DNA from: Lama guanicoe
Taxonomy: Eukaryota
Reading direction: 5' to 3'
DNA length: 64,000 bases
NCBI GenBank assembly: GCA_013239625.1
Contig: MU054323.1
Span: forward strand, 1,178,001 to 1,242,000
Shown here: positions 1-13,484 of the stretch, in pieces
Layout of the letters: each line of letters begins with the position of its first letter
How positions within the stretch are numbered: the first letter of the stretch is position 1
Notes under the pieces: generated by a model
Told to the model about the DNA's origin: nothing
The model's database searches: none
What the model saw: only the letters and a program-made list of their open reading frames with translations
Program-made: the position numbers and the translations under genes

Positions 1-1487
1 GGTCCCTCATCAACACAAATAAATCAGAAAAGTCTATTCGTGCAACTGCTGATTTTAAAAATGAGGCACTATGTGTAAAACTAATTTTTAAGTGGAAAAG
101 AGATATTGAAAAAGCACACCTATTTATAATAAAGCTATGATAATTAGGAAAATGAATAACTGGTTTTTACAAAACTCAATACTGTCTTAAAATATAACCA
201 CAACCCCCTTATTGATGACCACTGGAGAACTTAGAAGATAAGATTGATTACATGTTGCATACACAATCATGCTTTTTACTATTAATTATAATTTATTATT
301 TATATAAAATTCTATAAAAACACACCAAAGTCCACAGGTAGAATGAAAACACATTATTAAAAATCTCCACTGCAATCTCAATAAAGTAAAAATTTACTTA
401 TTAAGACATCTTCATATAAATCAAGATTCTGACCCAGGGACAATTACACTAGAATGATACTGGCATATGTTTAAGAACTATGAATATTAGATATTATTTA
501 ATAGCAGTTAAGTACAGTGAAGTTATCATTGTTTAAAGTTTGATTTCTCCCCACACTGCTGCTAAGAGACTACTGTAGAAAAAGTCAAATAGCTTGGATT
601 GTTAGAATATTAATCTATACGTAAGTATGAATAAAGACATATCTTCCCAGCACACTTACAACCATATAACCTCCTTGTTCAAACATTTTGATAGCTGCCT
701 CTATGTTTAAAAGCAATTTAATATCCTCATCATGGTGAGATCTGGTCCTCGCCCACCTTTCCTGCTTATTTCTTTCCAAAACAAAATGGGCTTTGTCACC
801 ATTTCCTGGACATGCTTCCGCCTCTGTCTCTTCTCATGGCCTCCCCTCTACCTAGAATCTCACATCTTCATGCACAGAAATACTATACAATCTTTCAAGT
901 TCATACGAATAGCTCCTCCTCTATGAAACTTTCCCAGAACTCTCAGTGAGAGCGTTTTGTTTCCCTGAACCCCCCAGCATTCTGTGTTTCTCTGAGCGAG
1001 CCATTCCTATTCACCTGCCACCTTTTGGCCTAACGAGTTTTCCTCTCCAGGCTTCTGGCTCCTAAAACACTCTGCCTGAAGGTATTTGAGTACTTGGCTG
1101 TCTTCTTGCTCAACTAAACTCTTGAAGGCAGACCCTGTCTTTCCTTTCTTCTTAGCATTTCAATTGTCTTCACAGACTCTGATCCACTGTAGATATGAGG
1201 CAAGCATTTATTGGGTGACTGAATAAAAATACTGCTTGAGAAAACAACCCCAATGGTGCGTTAGGAGATTAAACCTTTAATCCTTTCATCTTTTTAGTAT
1301 CCTCAGGATATTCCACAATGTATGTACAATTTTTAATCAGATAAAACTAATTTTATAATTATCAACATTTCTGAAACTAATTCTTTTAACCATAAGAGAA
1401 CGCTCTAATGCATCAAAGTGTGCTGAGCTTCCCTCAGTGTGCACCCATTTAAACAACTGAATGCAATTGTCACTCAAACTGACCAAA

Positions 1488-1492
1488 ATATA

Positions 1493-1526
<34 letters not shown>
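1488..1526. repeat. (TA)n microsatellite
   Basis: Alternating TA run with one interruption, read directly. Confidence 0.95.
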
Positions 1527-1531
<5 letters not shown>

Positions 1532-2058
1532 TCAATGTCTTTAAAAATACAGGAGTTTATGCTATATTATGAGAAGAAATAAAATGTGTAATCAAAGGGC
1601 TTAGACAAATTATTTTTAATACTCTGAATATATAGGCAAAAAATAAGAGTAGTTAAAATGCCTTCTGTAATGAGACTTTTTCACCTGCAGTTACTAACTT
1701 TTAGTATAAGAACCTAAACTCTAGGCTCCGATGTCTTAAGTGTCTGTTAATCTACCTACATCTAAGACTAGCTAGCTAGGAATCTAGCTCTAATAATAGC
1801 TGGTAGGAATTCCTTAACCTAGGAAAGTATATAACAAATAAAATAGTGAAAATAAAACTGTATGTATATATATATACCCTCTGGAATGAAAAAAAAATAT
1901 GTATGTATACAATTTACTTTGCAATGAAACAAAAATGTGCATATAGTGGATTTAGTTTCAAATTCTTAATCACAAGAATCTAATAAGCATGCCTAACTTA
2001 AAGATTTAAATGCAGGGACATAGGCCTTTTAGGGACTTATATAAAAATACCTGGGCAG

Positions 2059-2191
2059 GGGGAGAGGGTATAGCTCAAGTGGTAGAGTGCATGCTTAGTA
2101 TGCATGAGATCCTGGGTTCAATCCCCAGTACCTCCTCTAAAAAGAAATAAATAAACCTAGTTACTTCCCCCCACCAAAAAAAAAAAAAAAA
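2059..2191 (+). mobile_element. tRNA-Ala-derived SINE, camelid Vic-1 type
   Basis: Head GGGGAGAGGGTATAGCTCAAGTGGTAGAGTGCATGCTTAGTATGCATGAGATCCTGGGTTCAATCCCCAG resembles tRNA-Ala(AGC). Pol III A box at 2071-2082 and B box at about 2115-2125. Non-tRNA body, poly(A) tail at 2176-2191, and near-perfect TSD atac(c)tgggcag at 2047-2058 and 2193-2203. Confidence 0.9.
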
Positions 2192-5100
2192 CATACTGGG
2201 CAGCCCCAGGTGTGTTTTATAAAAATGTATTCAATATCCTAATTTTATACTTTGAATATTGAAACAAATGCCTAATCTTTTGTATACAATATGAAAAATA
2301 AAGCTAAACAAAACTTCTTAGGCTATTGAATTTTAACTATCCAAGGTGTTACTTTTGTCCAATATGTCATCCATAAAACTGGCTGACTGATTTTTAGTGT
2401 TAGGTGTAGAGATGGCTGAGTGATGCTGCATTTTCCCATCCCCTTGCCTGAGTGCTATGCTTCCTCTTCTCAGCTGTATCCTTTGTACTGCGATCAGACT
2501 TTATGAATACAGAGAAAGAAAAAAAACCTTAATGCTCCTTTGTCTTAGGAGAACCAACCCTGTCAGGGTCCAGAGGAAAGTAAATCTTGATTTGGGCAGT
2601 GACATGACCATCGCTGGCAATGTGACTGCCCAGGGCATTGGTGCTTAATCATGCCTGTGTATTAACAAGGGAAAGATAACAGCGCTTTCACAAACAAGAG
2701 GAAGCTGAACTAACTTTGGATGTTTCTTCCCAGATGCTCATCTTGGTCACCAGTATCCAAGGGCAAGGATTAGTAGCAGTGAATATAACAGCATTCTCTA
2801 GTTGCATCCTGCTCAGCTGGTTTGGGGGTAACTCAGAGACTCCAACACAGGAGGAATGGCACCTACTTAAGTAAAAACATCTTTATTCAGTAAGAGTGAT
2901 TATTTGGGGTAAAGGTTAGGTAGGATGAAGAGTTGAGTTTGCTCTCATTTCCACATTAGTTAAAATCCTCTTGACTTATTTTCTCAGATTCTGATAATTC
3001 CAAGATGTGGGCGCTAATTATTAGAGTCTGAACCTAGCTTTTATGTAAATCTTTGATACTGAATATTTTCTTACAGTAAGAAATGGCTCCTGAATTAAGC
3101 ATTGTGGTTTCTATGAGATGAATGTTAGCCACCATCACCACCCACAATGGACCAGACTGCCTGACTTCTTTGAACCGATTAGGGTGGTTGTGAATTCAAG
3201 CTTTATTATATAGCATGATGTGAGCGCACTTGTTTCTAGCTATCTAAATACCACATCTGCTTGTGAGCAAAGGACGGTACCAGATTTGTTACCTTGATGA
3301 GTTATTATGAAAATTACGAAATATGCAAAATCTTTTGATATAACACCAAGAGGATAAAACCCTCAACGTCATAGATTTCTACTAATTGCATCTTATATGT
3401 ATCTGATCATCAGTGCTTCATACTTAATAAGTACTCAATTAATATTTGTTAGACAAACGAATTAATATATTGCAACTATATCAAGATGGATATGAAAATG
3501 CCCAAAAACTAGAAAAGAACTTGGAAAAGTGAAGCAATAATTATGTTACAAAAGGGGGATTAATTTTTTCCAGTTAAAATATCTTTTGACACCACAGCAA
3601 TAATGCTTTAATAATAATCACAACTTAAGTTGACATTTAACTCGGTTTATCAAGGATTGTTCAACTGATGATGTGCTTAACCCTCTGGAACATACTAGAA
3701 TATCTAAGCTGAGGCCTCTGTCCTTGAAAACCACATTGTCTCCTGGAAGATATAACATAAGCATGAAACAGACATTTCAAACAGGTCATGACCTAATGGA
3801 ATTCCCAAATGAGCAATGCTCCAGGAAAATCTATAGAGCCTTAAACACTCAAGAGTGAGCACTCGTTTTGCCTGCTGCAGCATTTAAGCTGGAGCTGAAA
3901 TCAATGCAGCAGCTACTAGAACAATCTGCAGCTCGGGGCTGCAGGTACTTACAGCCATCGATTTTCCATGGCTTTGGGGTTTGGTTCACCTCACTCTTAT
4001 CACCTCAGACCCTCTGTGGCTTCCAGATGTCAGGCACAGAGTCACTGCTTCTTTGAAATTTATCCAAGGATATCATTGAGGTCTAAACCTGCAAGAACCT
4101 CAGAAAGGGAAAAATCACATAAAGACTTTCTGACAACTGCCAACCATTGCTAAAGCGTCACTGCTGTTCCTGGTACATAACTCAGCCTTATTTAGAGCAA
4201 TTGAACTGGCTCTTATTCCTAATACAGAAATTCAAAACTCTCCACATTTTGGGTGACCCCAAAAGGACTTCTAGCTTCATCTCTTACCACAGTATCCTTT
4301 CCCTGACTTCCTTTTCACAAATTCATCCCTATCAGTCTACCTGACATTCACTGAAGATACTCTCAACTCTTCAGCCCCTGGAGTTCTAGTCAAGTCTTTC
4401 CTCCTCCCACACATCCTTTAAGACCTTGCTCAAGTGCTACCGACCCCATACCACCCAACCAAACTAATTCCCCTTCTCCCTCCTCTAACCTATGATATCT
4501 TAATTACAGAACCCCAAATATTTTCCTTAATTACTTTTTAGTTTCCAGATAGTCACTCACATTTTATCCAAATGGTACCTTGTATTGTGTACTACACACA
4601 GAGACAGAAATAAATCAGGCTAATGAGCATTATACAAAAGGAGATGTTTGTCTGAGCACCAAAATTATAGCACCAGTAGTTAGGTATGTTTTATGAGGTC
4701 AAGATATTCATTTATAACCATCCCTGGAAGGAGGTCATTAACTTGATTTTGAAAAGGTGAGAAATGGATTGAGAATGACAGAAGCTGCATTCCAAAGACC
4801 CTGGAATGAGACCTGCGAAGAGTGTTTTACATGGTTACTAAGAATGGATAATAAAAGACAAAAATGTGGTCTGAACCCCAGTGCACCAAGAGGAGAGTTG
4901 GTCTGGAATAGCACTCCAGCTTTTTGGCTTCAGAGTGTTTGTGTCAAGGAGTTTAATATTTGAAAATTTTATTTTGACCTTGTGATATAATTTGAGTTAC
5001 ATGACAATAACAAAAAAACCTCAGGGTAGATAAATGGTTTACCAAATCATATTTCTATTCCCCTCAATAGAACAAGTATCTACAAAAAATACTTCCTGTG

Positions 5101-5907
5101 GGCCAGGCACTGTACTTGATAAATTCTGGTGATTTCAGATCTTGAACCCAGTAACTCTCACACAAATCCAGGATCATATACCCTGTGTCAAGATGGCTTT
5201 AAAATCCAAATAGTGTAAGACATTGAACTTGACCCCTGAGGTTTCTTTCCACTCCTGTGTTCAAAAAGCATATTTTTTCCCTGGGTAAAGTTGAACTGAT
5301 GCTTGAGAGGAGACTAGTGAAAGTCTGGGAGTAGCTCCCAGTATTTGGGGGGGGGGGGGGAAGATTTTTTTTTTTTTTTTTTGCTCTGGGCAAGAAAGGA
5401 AAGAGCTTATATGCAGTTTAGTTCAGATCAAAACTTTAAAGAGTCTCTGATCTGATTCCATAATTGTGTTAGTCACTCCAATTTCAAGATAAGCAATGCC
5501 CCTTATGTTCTAGGAACTTCAGTCTAATTGGGGGGGGGGAGCAAAAGCAATAATTTCAATATAACAAATAAATGTTATGATAGCACTGAGTACAGGAGCA
5601 GGAGAAGTATACCTATCATTATCTATGTAATCAGGACACATTTTAGGGAAAATTAGATCTCAGTTTACATTGATACTGACTATAAGTTGGTCAGGCAGGA
5701 AGACAGACTAGGGCAATCTAAGTCTTAGCTGTTGCTGAACAAGCAAAGGTGTGGAAGAGACAACATAGTGCTTTTATGAAAATGTAAACACTTCTCTGAT
5801 TCTAAAGAGTACAAAGGAGAAAAATTGATTGGCAAGGAAATTGGAGAGAGGTCTGATTTTCCTCTAACCATAAAGAGAAAAGGAGTCACTTATAAAAGCG
5901 TGTGGCA

Positions 5908-7940
5908 TCACTGTTTATAAACAATATGATACTATACATAGAAAAATCCTAAAGGTATCACCAAAAAACTACTAGAGCTCATCAACAAATTCAGTAGATT
6001 TTCAGGATTCAAAATTAATGTACAGAAATCTATTACATTCCTATACATTAACAATAATCAGAAGGAGACTTTTTTCAAAAAAATCTCATTTAGCATTGTA
6101 TCAAAAAGAATAAATACCTAGGAATAAATCTAAGGAGGTAAAAGACCTACACTCAGAAAATTATAAGACACTGATGAAATAAATTGAAGACAATACAAAC
6201 ATATAGGAAGAGAAACCATGTCTGTGGATTGGAAGAATTAATAATATGAAAATGATCATATTACCCAAGATGATCTACAGATTCAATGCAATCCATATCA
6301 AAATATTACGGCATTTTTCACAGAAATAGAACAAATAGTTCTAAAATTTGTATGGAAACACAAAAGTCTACCAATAGTCAAAGCAATCTTGAGAAGGAAC
6401 AGACCTGAAGGTGTAAAGCTCCCTGACTTCAGACTATACTACAAAGTTACAGTAATCAAATCTATATGGTGCTGGGACAAAAATAGACACATAGATCAAT
6501 GCAACAGATCAGAGAGCTCAGAAATAAACCCAAGCACTTATTGTCAATTAATTTACAACAAAGGAGGCAAGATATATGATGGAGTTAAAACAGTCTTTTC
6601 TATAATGGTGCTGGGAAAACTGGAAAGCTACATGTAAAAGAAGGAAATTAGTATGTTTTCTCAGACCATATACAAAAAATAAACTCAAAATGGACTAAAG
6701 ATCTAAATATAAGACCAGAAAACATAAAAACTCCTAGAAGAAAACACAGGCAGAACAATCTTTGACATAAATTGTAGCAATATGCTTTGTATCCGTCTCC
6801 TAAGGCAAAGAAAACAAAAGAAAAAATAAACAAATGGAACCTAATTAAGCTTAAAAGCTTTGCACAGCAAAAGGAAATCATTGATAAAACAAAAAGACTG
6901 AATGGAAGAAAATATTTGAAAATGTTATGACAAATAAGGGGTTAATATCCAAAATATACAAACAGCTCATACAACTCAATATTAAAAAAAAAAAAAACTT
7001 GATTAAAAAATGGGCAAAAGGCCTGAATAGAATTTTTTCCAAAGAATATATTCAGATAAACAGACACATGAAAAGATGCTCAACACTGTTAATCATTAGA
7101 GAAATGCATATCAAAACCATGATGAAATATCACCTCACAACTGTCAGAATGGCTCTCATCAAAGACCACATATAACACATGTTACCAAGGATATGGAGAA
7201 AAGGAGACCTTTGTACACTGTTGGTGGGAAGGTACACTGGTACAGCCACCATGGAAAACACTATAGAGGTTCCTCAAAAAACTAAGAGTAGAACTACCAT
7301 GTGATCCAGCAATTCCATTTGTGGTATATATCTGAAGAAAACAAAAGCATTAATTTGAAAAGATACATGCACCCCAATGTTCATAGCAACATTATTTACA
7401 ATAGCCAAGACATGGAAACAGCCTAAATGTCCATCAACAGACAACTGGATAAAGAAATTGTAGTATATTTATACAATGGAATACTACTCAGCCACAAAAA
7501 AATAATAAAATAATGCCATTTGCAGCAACATGGATGGACCTGGAGATTGTTGTTCTATGTGAGGTAAGCCAGAAAGAGAAAGAAAAAATACCATATGATA
7601 ACACTTACATGAGGAAAAAAAAAAAAAAAAAAGACAAGCTTATTCACAAAACAAAAACAGACTCACAGACATAGAAAACAAACTATGGTTACCGGGGTGG
7701 AAAGAGGGTGGGAAGGGATAAACTGTGAGTTCAAGATTTGCAGATACTAACCAATATACATAAAATAGATAAACAAGTTCATACTGTGTAGTACAGGGAA
7801 CTATATTCAATATCTTGTAGTAACTTATGATGAAAAAGAATATGAAAACAAATATATGTATTTTCATGTATGACTGAAGCATTATGCTGTATACCAGAAA
7901 CTGACACAACATTGTAAACTGACTATATTTCAATTAAAAA
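5908..7940 (+). mobile_element. 5'-truncated LINE-1 (ORF2 from the RT core to the C-terminus, plus 3'UTR), decayed
   Basis: Starts at [12 protein letters not shown] (decayed SLFADDMILYIE). ORFs 6389-6637 (LPDFRLYYK...[13 protein letters not shown]) and 6927-7175 ([11 protein letters not shown]...HMKRCST) are L1 ORF2 pieces. 3'UTR at about 7620-7940 is followed by an A/TA-rich tail. Confidence 0.95.
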
Positions 7941-10174
7941 CAAATATATATATATTTTTTATATATATAAATATAAATATATATATATAATTTTAAAATA
8001 AATAAATGAAAACCCTTTGGAGATGTTACCTATTAATTCAGGGCAAAATCCCTAACCCTGGACACAATTATATTTGTTAGCCAATCCATCATCATGATGA
8101 TGAAAGAATCTGGGGAGAAACACTGTGCTTTCCTCAATAATGCATTCCCATCACCATACCAGAGAGACCTCAAATTACTAACTTCATTGCCAGGCTACTG
8201 AGTAAAAATAAAGAAACAACAAACCAGCTAATAAATAAATGAATAAATAAAACAGTGACATCCCTAGAACACTACTAATTTATTTTGAGCAAAGATAGAT
8301 CTAGCCTTCAGCAAAGATATCAAAAAGTCATAGAAGAGGGTAGGTGATGACAGTGGGTGCTATGTTGTCTTTGAGTGGATGGCTAAGCTATGCCACATAT
8401 TTATCTCCAGGGAGGTCGAGGTCTAGATATTTCCATGCCAGGACCAAACTGATATCTTAAAGCTGAGCCATGTGAGATTTACTTTGTGATATGATAGTTT
8501 GATATATTTTATACCATTGAAATGAATTCTCCATTCCCCAATTGTTTTCCTCATTTTAACAAGCAGTTTTGTTCATCAACTAGGAAACTGTAGAGAAATT
8601 AATGTTCCTACCGTTCTGCAGTCTCTGCAGGATGTTTCCAGATTTCATGGAACTCAAAGCTTGCACAGTGTAAAGTATGCTTTGAAGTGAGGACAGATGG
8701 GGAGGCAGGCAGCCACATGTTGTTTTGGACTAAAAGAGAAAAGAATAGTGGGAAAAAGGACTTCGAAAAGTGGGAAAAGGTCAAGCCAGTCATTCATTTG
8801 AATGTCAAATCAAGGAGTTTGGAAATTTCAAGCAAGCTCATGAGGTAATCGTTACATAATAGTGATTTATGATTATCTTTATAAACTTATTCTAATGTAA
8901 TTTAGCTGAAATGTGATCCCTCTTTTAGACAATGAAGCAATAAACTATTGGCTCACACTAGGAAACCTTGATGCCAACTTAGTGTTTCTTAAATATACAA
9001 AATCCTTCTGAACCTCAGGATTTGGAAACCATTTTATTTCCTATAATTTTTTGCTGTTTCATTTATGAAACAAATCTGGATATACAACAGAAAGTGATCA
9101 CCAAATATTAATATTTCAGTATCAGCCTACTGTACTTTAGTCAAACACGAAACAAGGAAATTTCACCTCTAAAAATAACCATTCCATGTTTCTAAAGTAA
9201 TTTAACAGACAAGGATATGCCACCAGGTACTCAGTGTATATATATACTGAGAGAAAGTGAAAGGGAGAAAGAATTAATCAAGAGTGGAAAACTGCATCTC
9301 TTGATATAACAGAGAAAATTTAATATAAATAATTGACCAGGTATAAAAATTCTACTACATAACTGGTCCTAATAGAGTGCTCCAGCACTTGAAGCTATCT
9401 TTTCCTTCCATAAATTACTTTATTATACACATTTGGTCCCACAATTAGCAGCATCAAAATCCTGATTCCTGTTTCAGAGAGTTGCACTGATACTCATGTA
9501 CTGTCTAACACTCACGTTGCACATTTAAAGTCAGGCAGAATGAGACCTTACTAAATGTATTTATTGTCATTTAATTGGCTGTCTTACTTTGGAATTTGTC
9601 ATGACTCAATTCAGTTTAATTGCGTGACTCTCACGTGCAAGGCCAGCAAGTCACTTCTGAGGAAGGGTGAGGTCAAAATTAGGAAGAAAATCGTACCTCC
9701 AGATAAAATCCCAAGAAGCCTTCTTCTCATCATGTTAGGGACTCTAATCCTTTTGAAAAAATTACTCATCTAGAAAACTAGCATTTCTAGCTCCCAACAC
9801 AGAGCAATCTATGATTTACACACCAGGGAAGAGGGCTTGGTGTTATTACCCAAGAGACAACCACACGGATGTACTAATGTGAGCCTGCAGGCTTGTCACT
9901 CACCTCCAGCGACCCTCCCACACACACCAAAACCTGCTTTCTGTCTCAGTGCATGTTACCCAAAACATTCTACTTCATTTTCAAGCACCAAAGTTGCCTT
10001 TAAAAACTCCACCATATCTCTGTTGTAAACTAAGAATCTTTTTTTTTTCCCAGTCACTTGAGAGTGCTAAGTGCATGGTTAGATACATCAGTGCAGTACC
10101 TAAGCTTTTAACAAACAGGTTATTTCATTCGTTCCCACATGCAGAGAAACTGCACACTGGAAGGAAGAGTAAAG

Positions 10175-10300
10175 TACTAGGTACTTAGAGCTGGTTCTCT
10201 CACTCAGGCATGTGACCTGGAGTAAGTTATTTAACCTTCTTATGCCTTGGAATTCTTATCTTTAAAATGTGTATTAGGAAAATTCTTATCACACAAGGCT
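10175..10300 (+). mobile_element. MIR SINE fragment
   Basis: MIR core-like tgtgacctggagtaagttatttaacctt...cttatctttaaaatg. Confidence 0.7.
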
Positions 10301-10797
10301 TGTCCACAGACTTTTGGTCCCCATGATCTCTGTGCCTTGATGTCACTCCCATGGTTATGCTGCATTACCTGACAAATGCGACTTTGTAGCTGTAATTAAA
10401 GTTACTAATTACTTGACCTTAAAATAGGAAAATTACCCTGAATCATTCAGGTGAGCCAGGTGTAATGATGTGAGCCCTCAAAAGCAGAAGAGGAAGACAC
10501 AGAGATCTGATTCATGAGGAGGATTCGACTGGCCATCGCTGGCTTATAGAGGGGCCAGGTGGAAAGCATGACAACCAGTGAGTGTGGAAGAGGATCCTGA
10601 GCCCCAGATGAGATCTGCAGCCCTAGGAAATACCTTGATTTTATCATGGTAAGATGCCGAACAGAAAATCCAACCACTCTGTGTTGGACTTGTGACCTAC
10701 AGAACTATGAGAGAAATGATGAGCGTTGTTTTAAGCCACTAAGTTATTACAAAATAATTTGTCTAATTAGTTATGTAGCACTAGAAAACTAAAGCAG
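10301..10797 (+). mobile_element. MaLR solo LTR (MLT1E-like)
   Basis: TG...CA termini. MLT1-type internal motifs (gtaattaaagttactaat...gaccttaaaatagg) and 3' end ttgttttaagccactaag...gtagcactagaaaactaaagca. Confidence 0.8.
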
Positions 10798-10870
10798 GGA
10801 CAATGTGAAAATTAAATGGTACATACAAAAAGTCGTTGTGAACAATGAAAAGCTTTGCAAATAGCCTTTG

Positions 10871-11388
10871 TGTATTAGTCAGGGTGTTCCAGAGAAACAG
10901 AACCAATAGGATAGAAAGATACAGATACAGGTATAGACATAAAAAATTTCTCATAAGGTATTGGTATTGGCTCATGCAGTTATGGAGACTGAGAAGTGCT
11001 ACAATCAGCTGTCTGCAAGCTGCAGACCCAGAAAGGCCTACAGTGCGGTTGGAAGGCCTGAGCTCTAGACAGCAGGCGGCACAGATCCCAGTTCAAGTCT
11101 GAAGGCCTGAGCATCAGGAGTGCTGAGGACAGGAAATCAATGTTCCAGCTCAAATAAATAGGTAGAGGGCAAATTCAACCTCCTGCTGTCTTTTTGGTCT
11201 ATTTCAGCCCTCAGCAATTTGGATGAAATACACTCATGGTGGAGAGGGCCATCTACTCTACTCAGTCTACCAATTCAAATGCTAATGTCTCCCAGAAACA
11301 TCCTCACAGGCATACCCACTGAAAACGTTTAAGCAGATATCTGAGCATTCTGTGATCCAGTCAAGTTGACATAAAACTAACCATCACA
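10871..11388 (-). mobile_element. ERVL solo LTR (MLT2-like)
   Basis: Plus strand reads tgtattagtcagggtgttccagagaaacagaaccaatagga...tcaagttgacataaaactaaccatcaca, the reverse complement of MLT2 ends. Perfect 5-bp TSD ctttg at 10866-10870 and 11389-11393. Confidence 0.9.
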
Positions 11389-11514
11389 CTTTGTTTTTGC
11401 TATTATCATATTTTCCTCTAATAGCAATTCCCTGTGTCTCCCTGATTTCCAGAGTTTCTGTTTCTTCATTTTGTTTGTTTGCTGTCTTTTGGCTACCTTT
11501 TGTTTTTAAATTTT

Positions 11515-11788
11515 TTGAATTTTAATTTTTCCAGCTTTATTAAGGAATGATTGACAACTACAATTATAACATATTTAGAGTGCACAACATCATGATTTGA
11601 TACACATATATACTGTGAAATGATTATCACAATCAAGTTAATTAACCCATCCATCACCTCACATCCTCACCTCTTTTCTTCTCTTAGCAAATTTCAACTA
11701 TACAACATTGTTAACTATAGTCTCCATGCCGTACATTAGGTTTTCAGAATTTATTCCTCTTATAACTGAAAGTTTGTATCCTTTGACC
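11515..11788 (-). mobile_element. L1 3' end (L1MA9-like)
   Basis: T-rich tail then cagctttattaagg...aatgattatcacaatcaagttaattaac...cttataactgaaagtttgtatcctttgacc, the reverse complement of an L1MA-type 3'UTR. Confidence 0.85.
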
Positions 11789-11875
11789 TCTAAGATCAGG
11801 AACAAGACAAGGGTGCCCACTCTTGTCACTTCTGTTCAACATAATACTGGAAGTCCTAGACAGTGCAATTAGGCA
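11789..11875 (+). mobile_element. L1 ORF2 RT-domain fragment, inverted relative to the adjacent L1 3' end
   Basis: Translates [28 protein letters not shown], the L1 [12 protein letters not shown] motif region. Confidence 0.85.
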
Positions 11876-13484
11876 TCCATTCAGCCAACTAGGACATGAA
11901 GAAAAATCTTTGGTCTAATTTTGAGCTAAAAACAAAGACTGGTTCTTCATCAGGTATCACTTTATGTATTCCTCTCTCTCCAAAAAAACACATCAGAAAG
12001 ATAGCTTTTTAGAGCAAAAACCCAGATCTGCTGTTTCTCCCTACCACCCATACTTTTTAAATAAACTATCTTCTATTTCTTACATCATCATATCTCAAAC
12101 TTTCTCCAAAATAAATAAAATGAATTTTTATTAAAATATTTTACATTTCCCTCTATGATTTTTCATTAATTAGGTATCACAATGAAAAGTACAAATTTTC
12201 TCTACAATAATATGACACATACAATACCTGAAAACTGAATGTGTCTGCCTGGTTGTAATTAAAGTGTTCTAGGTTTTAAAGCAATTTAGGGTTGTAAATA
12301 CTGCCAGAATATGTTTTTCTCTATATACTGGCTCAACTAAGTATGCAAAACATAGAGTAATCGGGAGCTCATACTCTGAAAATAGACAACCTCAGTTTTG
12401 CATTTCAGCTTTGGCACTTACTAGGCATGAATTTATGCAAGCTATTTAACTCTCTAAGCCTTAGATTTTTCATCTGTAAAATTCACTCATTCATTACACA
12501 TACTTGTTGAGTAGACATTATCGTTTCATTATCGTTATTATTATCATTCTGTTCAAACTTACATGAAATGCATACCTATGTCACTGGACTTGACTAAAAT
12601 GGTCAGAGAGCATTCAGTTGGTTGGTACAAAGCACAGACAGCAAAGCCATCACTCAGCTGGCAAGACTAAGACCGAGTGTGAGCACAGTGTGTCTCCTTT
12701 CAATGCTACCATAGATGTCTAGATTTACAAGCTTAATAGTATTTTTCACCATGTTCAGTAATTAAGTATTTATACCCTCTCCTCCGTGGCCTGAAGTCAG
12801 GGACTACATTATTCATATCTTTATTTCCAGCTGCTACAATAATACCATACAAAATATCATAGAGTTTAATGAATGGTTTTTAAATGAGTAAGTGAATAAA
12901 TGAATAATGGAGCATATGTAGTGAGAAACAGGAAAACAATTAGGAAAAAAACTCATCAACCTGGGGGATATGCTTTTCCTTCTAACCTGTCACAGAATAT
13001 CTGTAAAACATTTGGGAGGGACGTGAAAGGAGAGACATCAGTGCTGGGATTCTGTGTTGTAAAGTTTGTTACAGTAGAGAGTAAAGAACACACATGACAA
13101 TCTCAAGAGTAACAGAAATGTAGTCTCGGAACTTGGGGGGAACTGGATTAGAAAGCCTACACCTTTAGACTGAATTTCAAGCAATCATAGACAAAGATAG
13201 ATTGCTACTAGCCCTTCTTTTAAAACACATTAGCCCTAACGCTAAGAAGTGATCATCTTTCATAGACCAGGATGAAAGACAAAGGCAGGAAAAGATGACT
13301 ATGACACAGAACCAAGTCAATCAATGTCAAGATAAATGTGACCCAAGAAGATGTACCTTAAGTCAATCAAAGCTAAACTTCAGCAGTATTTTGTAAATAG
13401 AACTGCCTATTTGGCTTATGACCATATCACTGTAATCTCTGGCTTCATATTGCCTTTTCCTTTTTGTCTTCTCTCTGTTTCCTA

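Noticed and set aside
2059..2135. Functional tRNA-Ala gene
   Set aside because: The anticodon loop is altered (CTTAGTA), and it continues into a SINE body, poly(A) tail and TSDs. It is a SINE head.
13020..13065. Second copy of the candidate Gypsy LTR (GGAGAGA...GGGATTCTGTGYTGT shared with the minus strand at about 57075-57105)
   Set aside because: The match is only about 20 nt, I could not extend it by eye, and it is in the opposite orientation 40 kb away.
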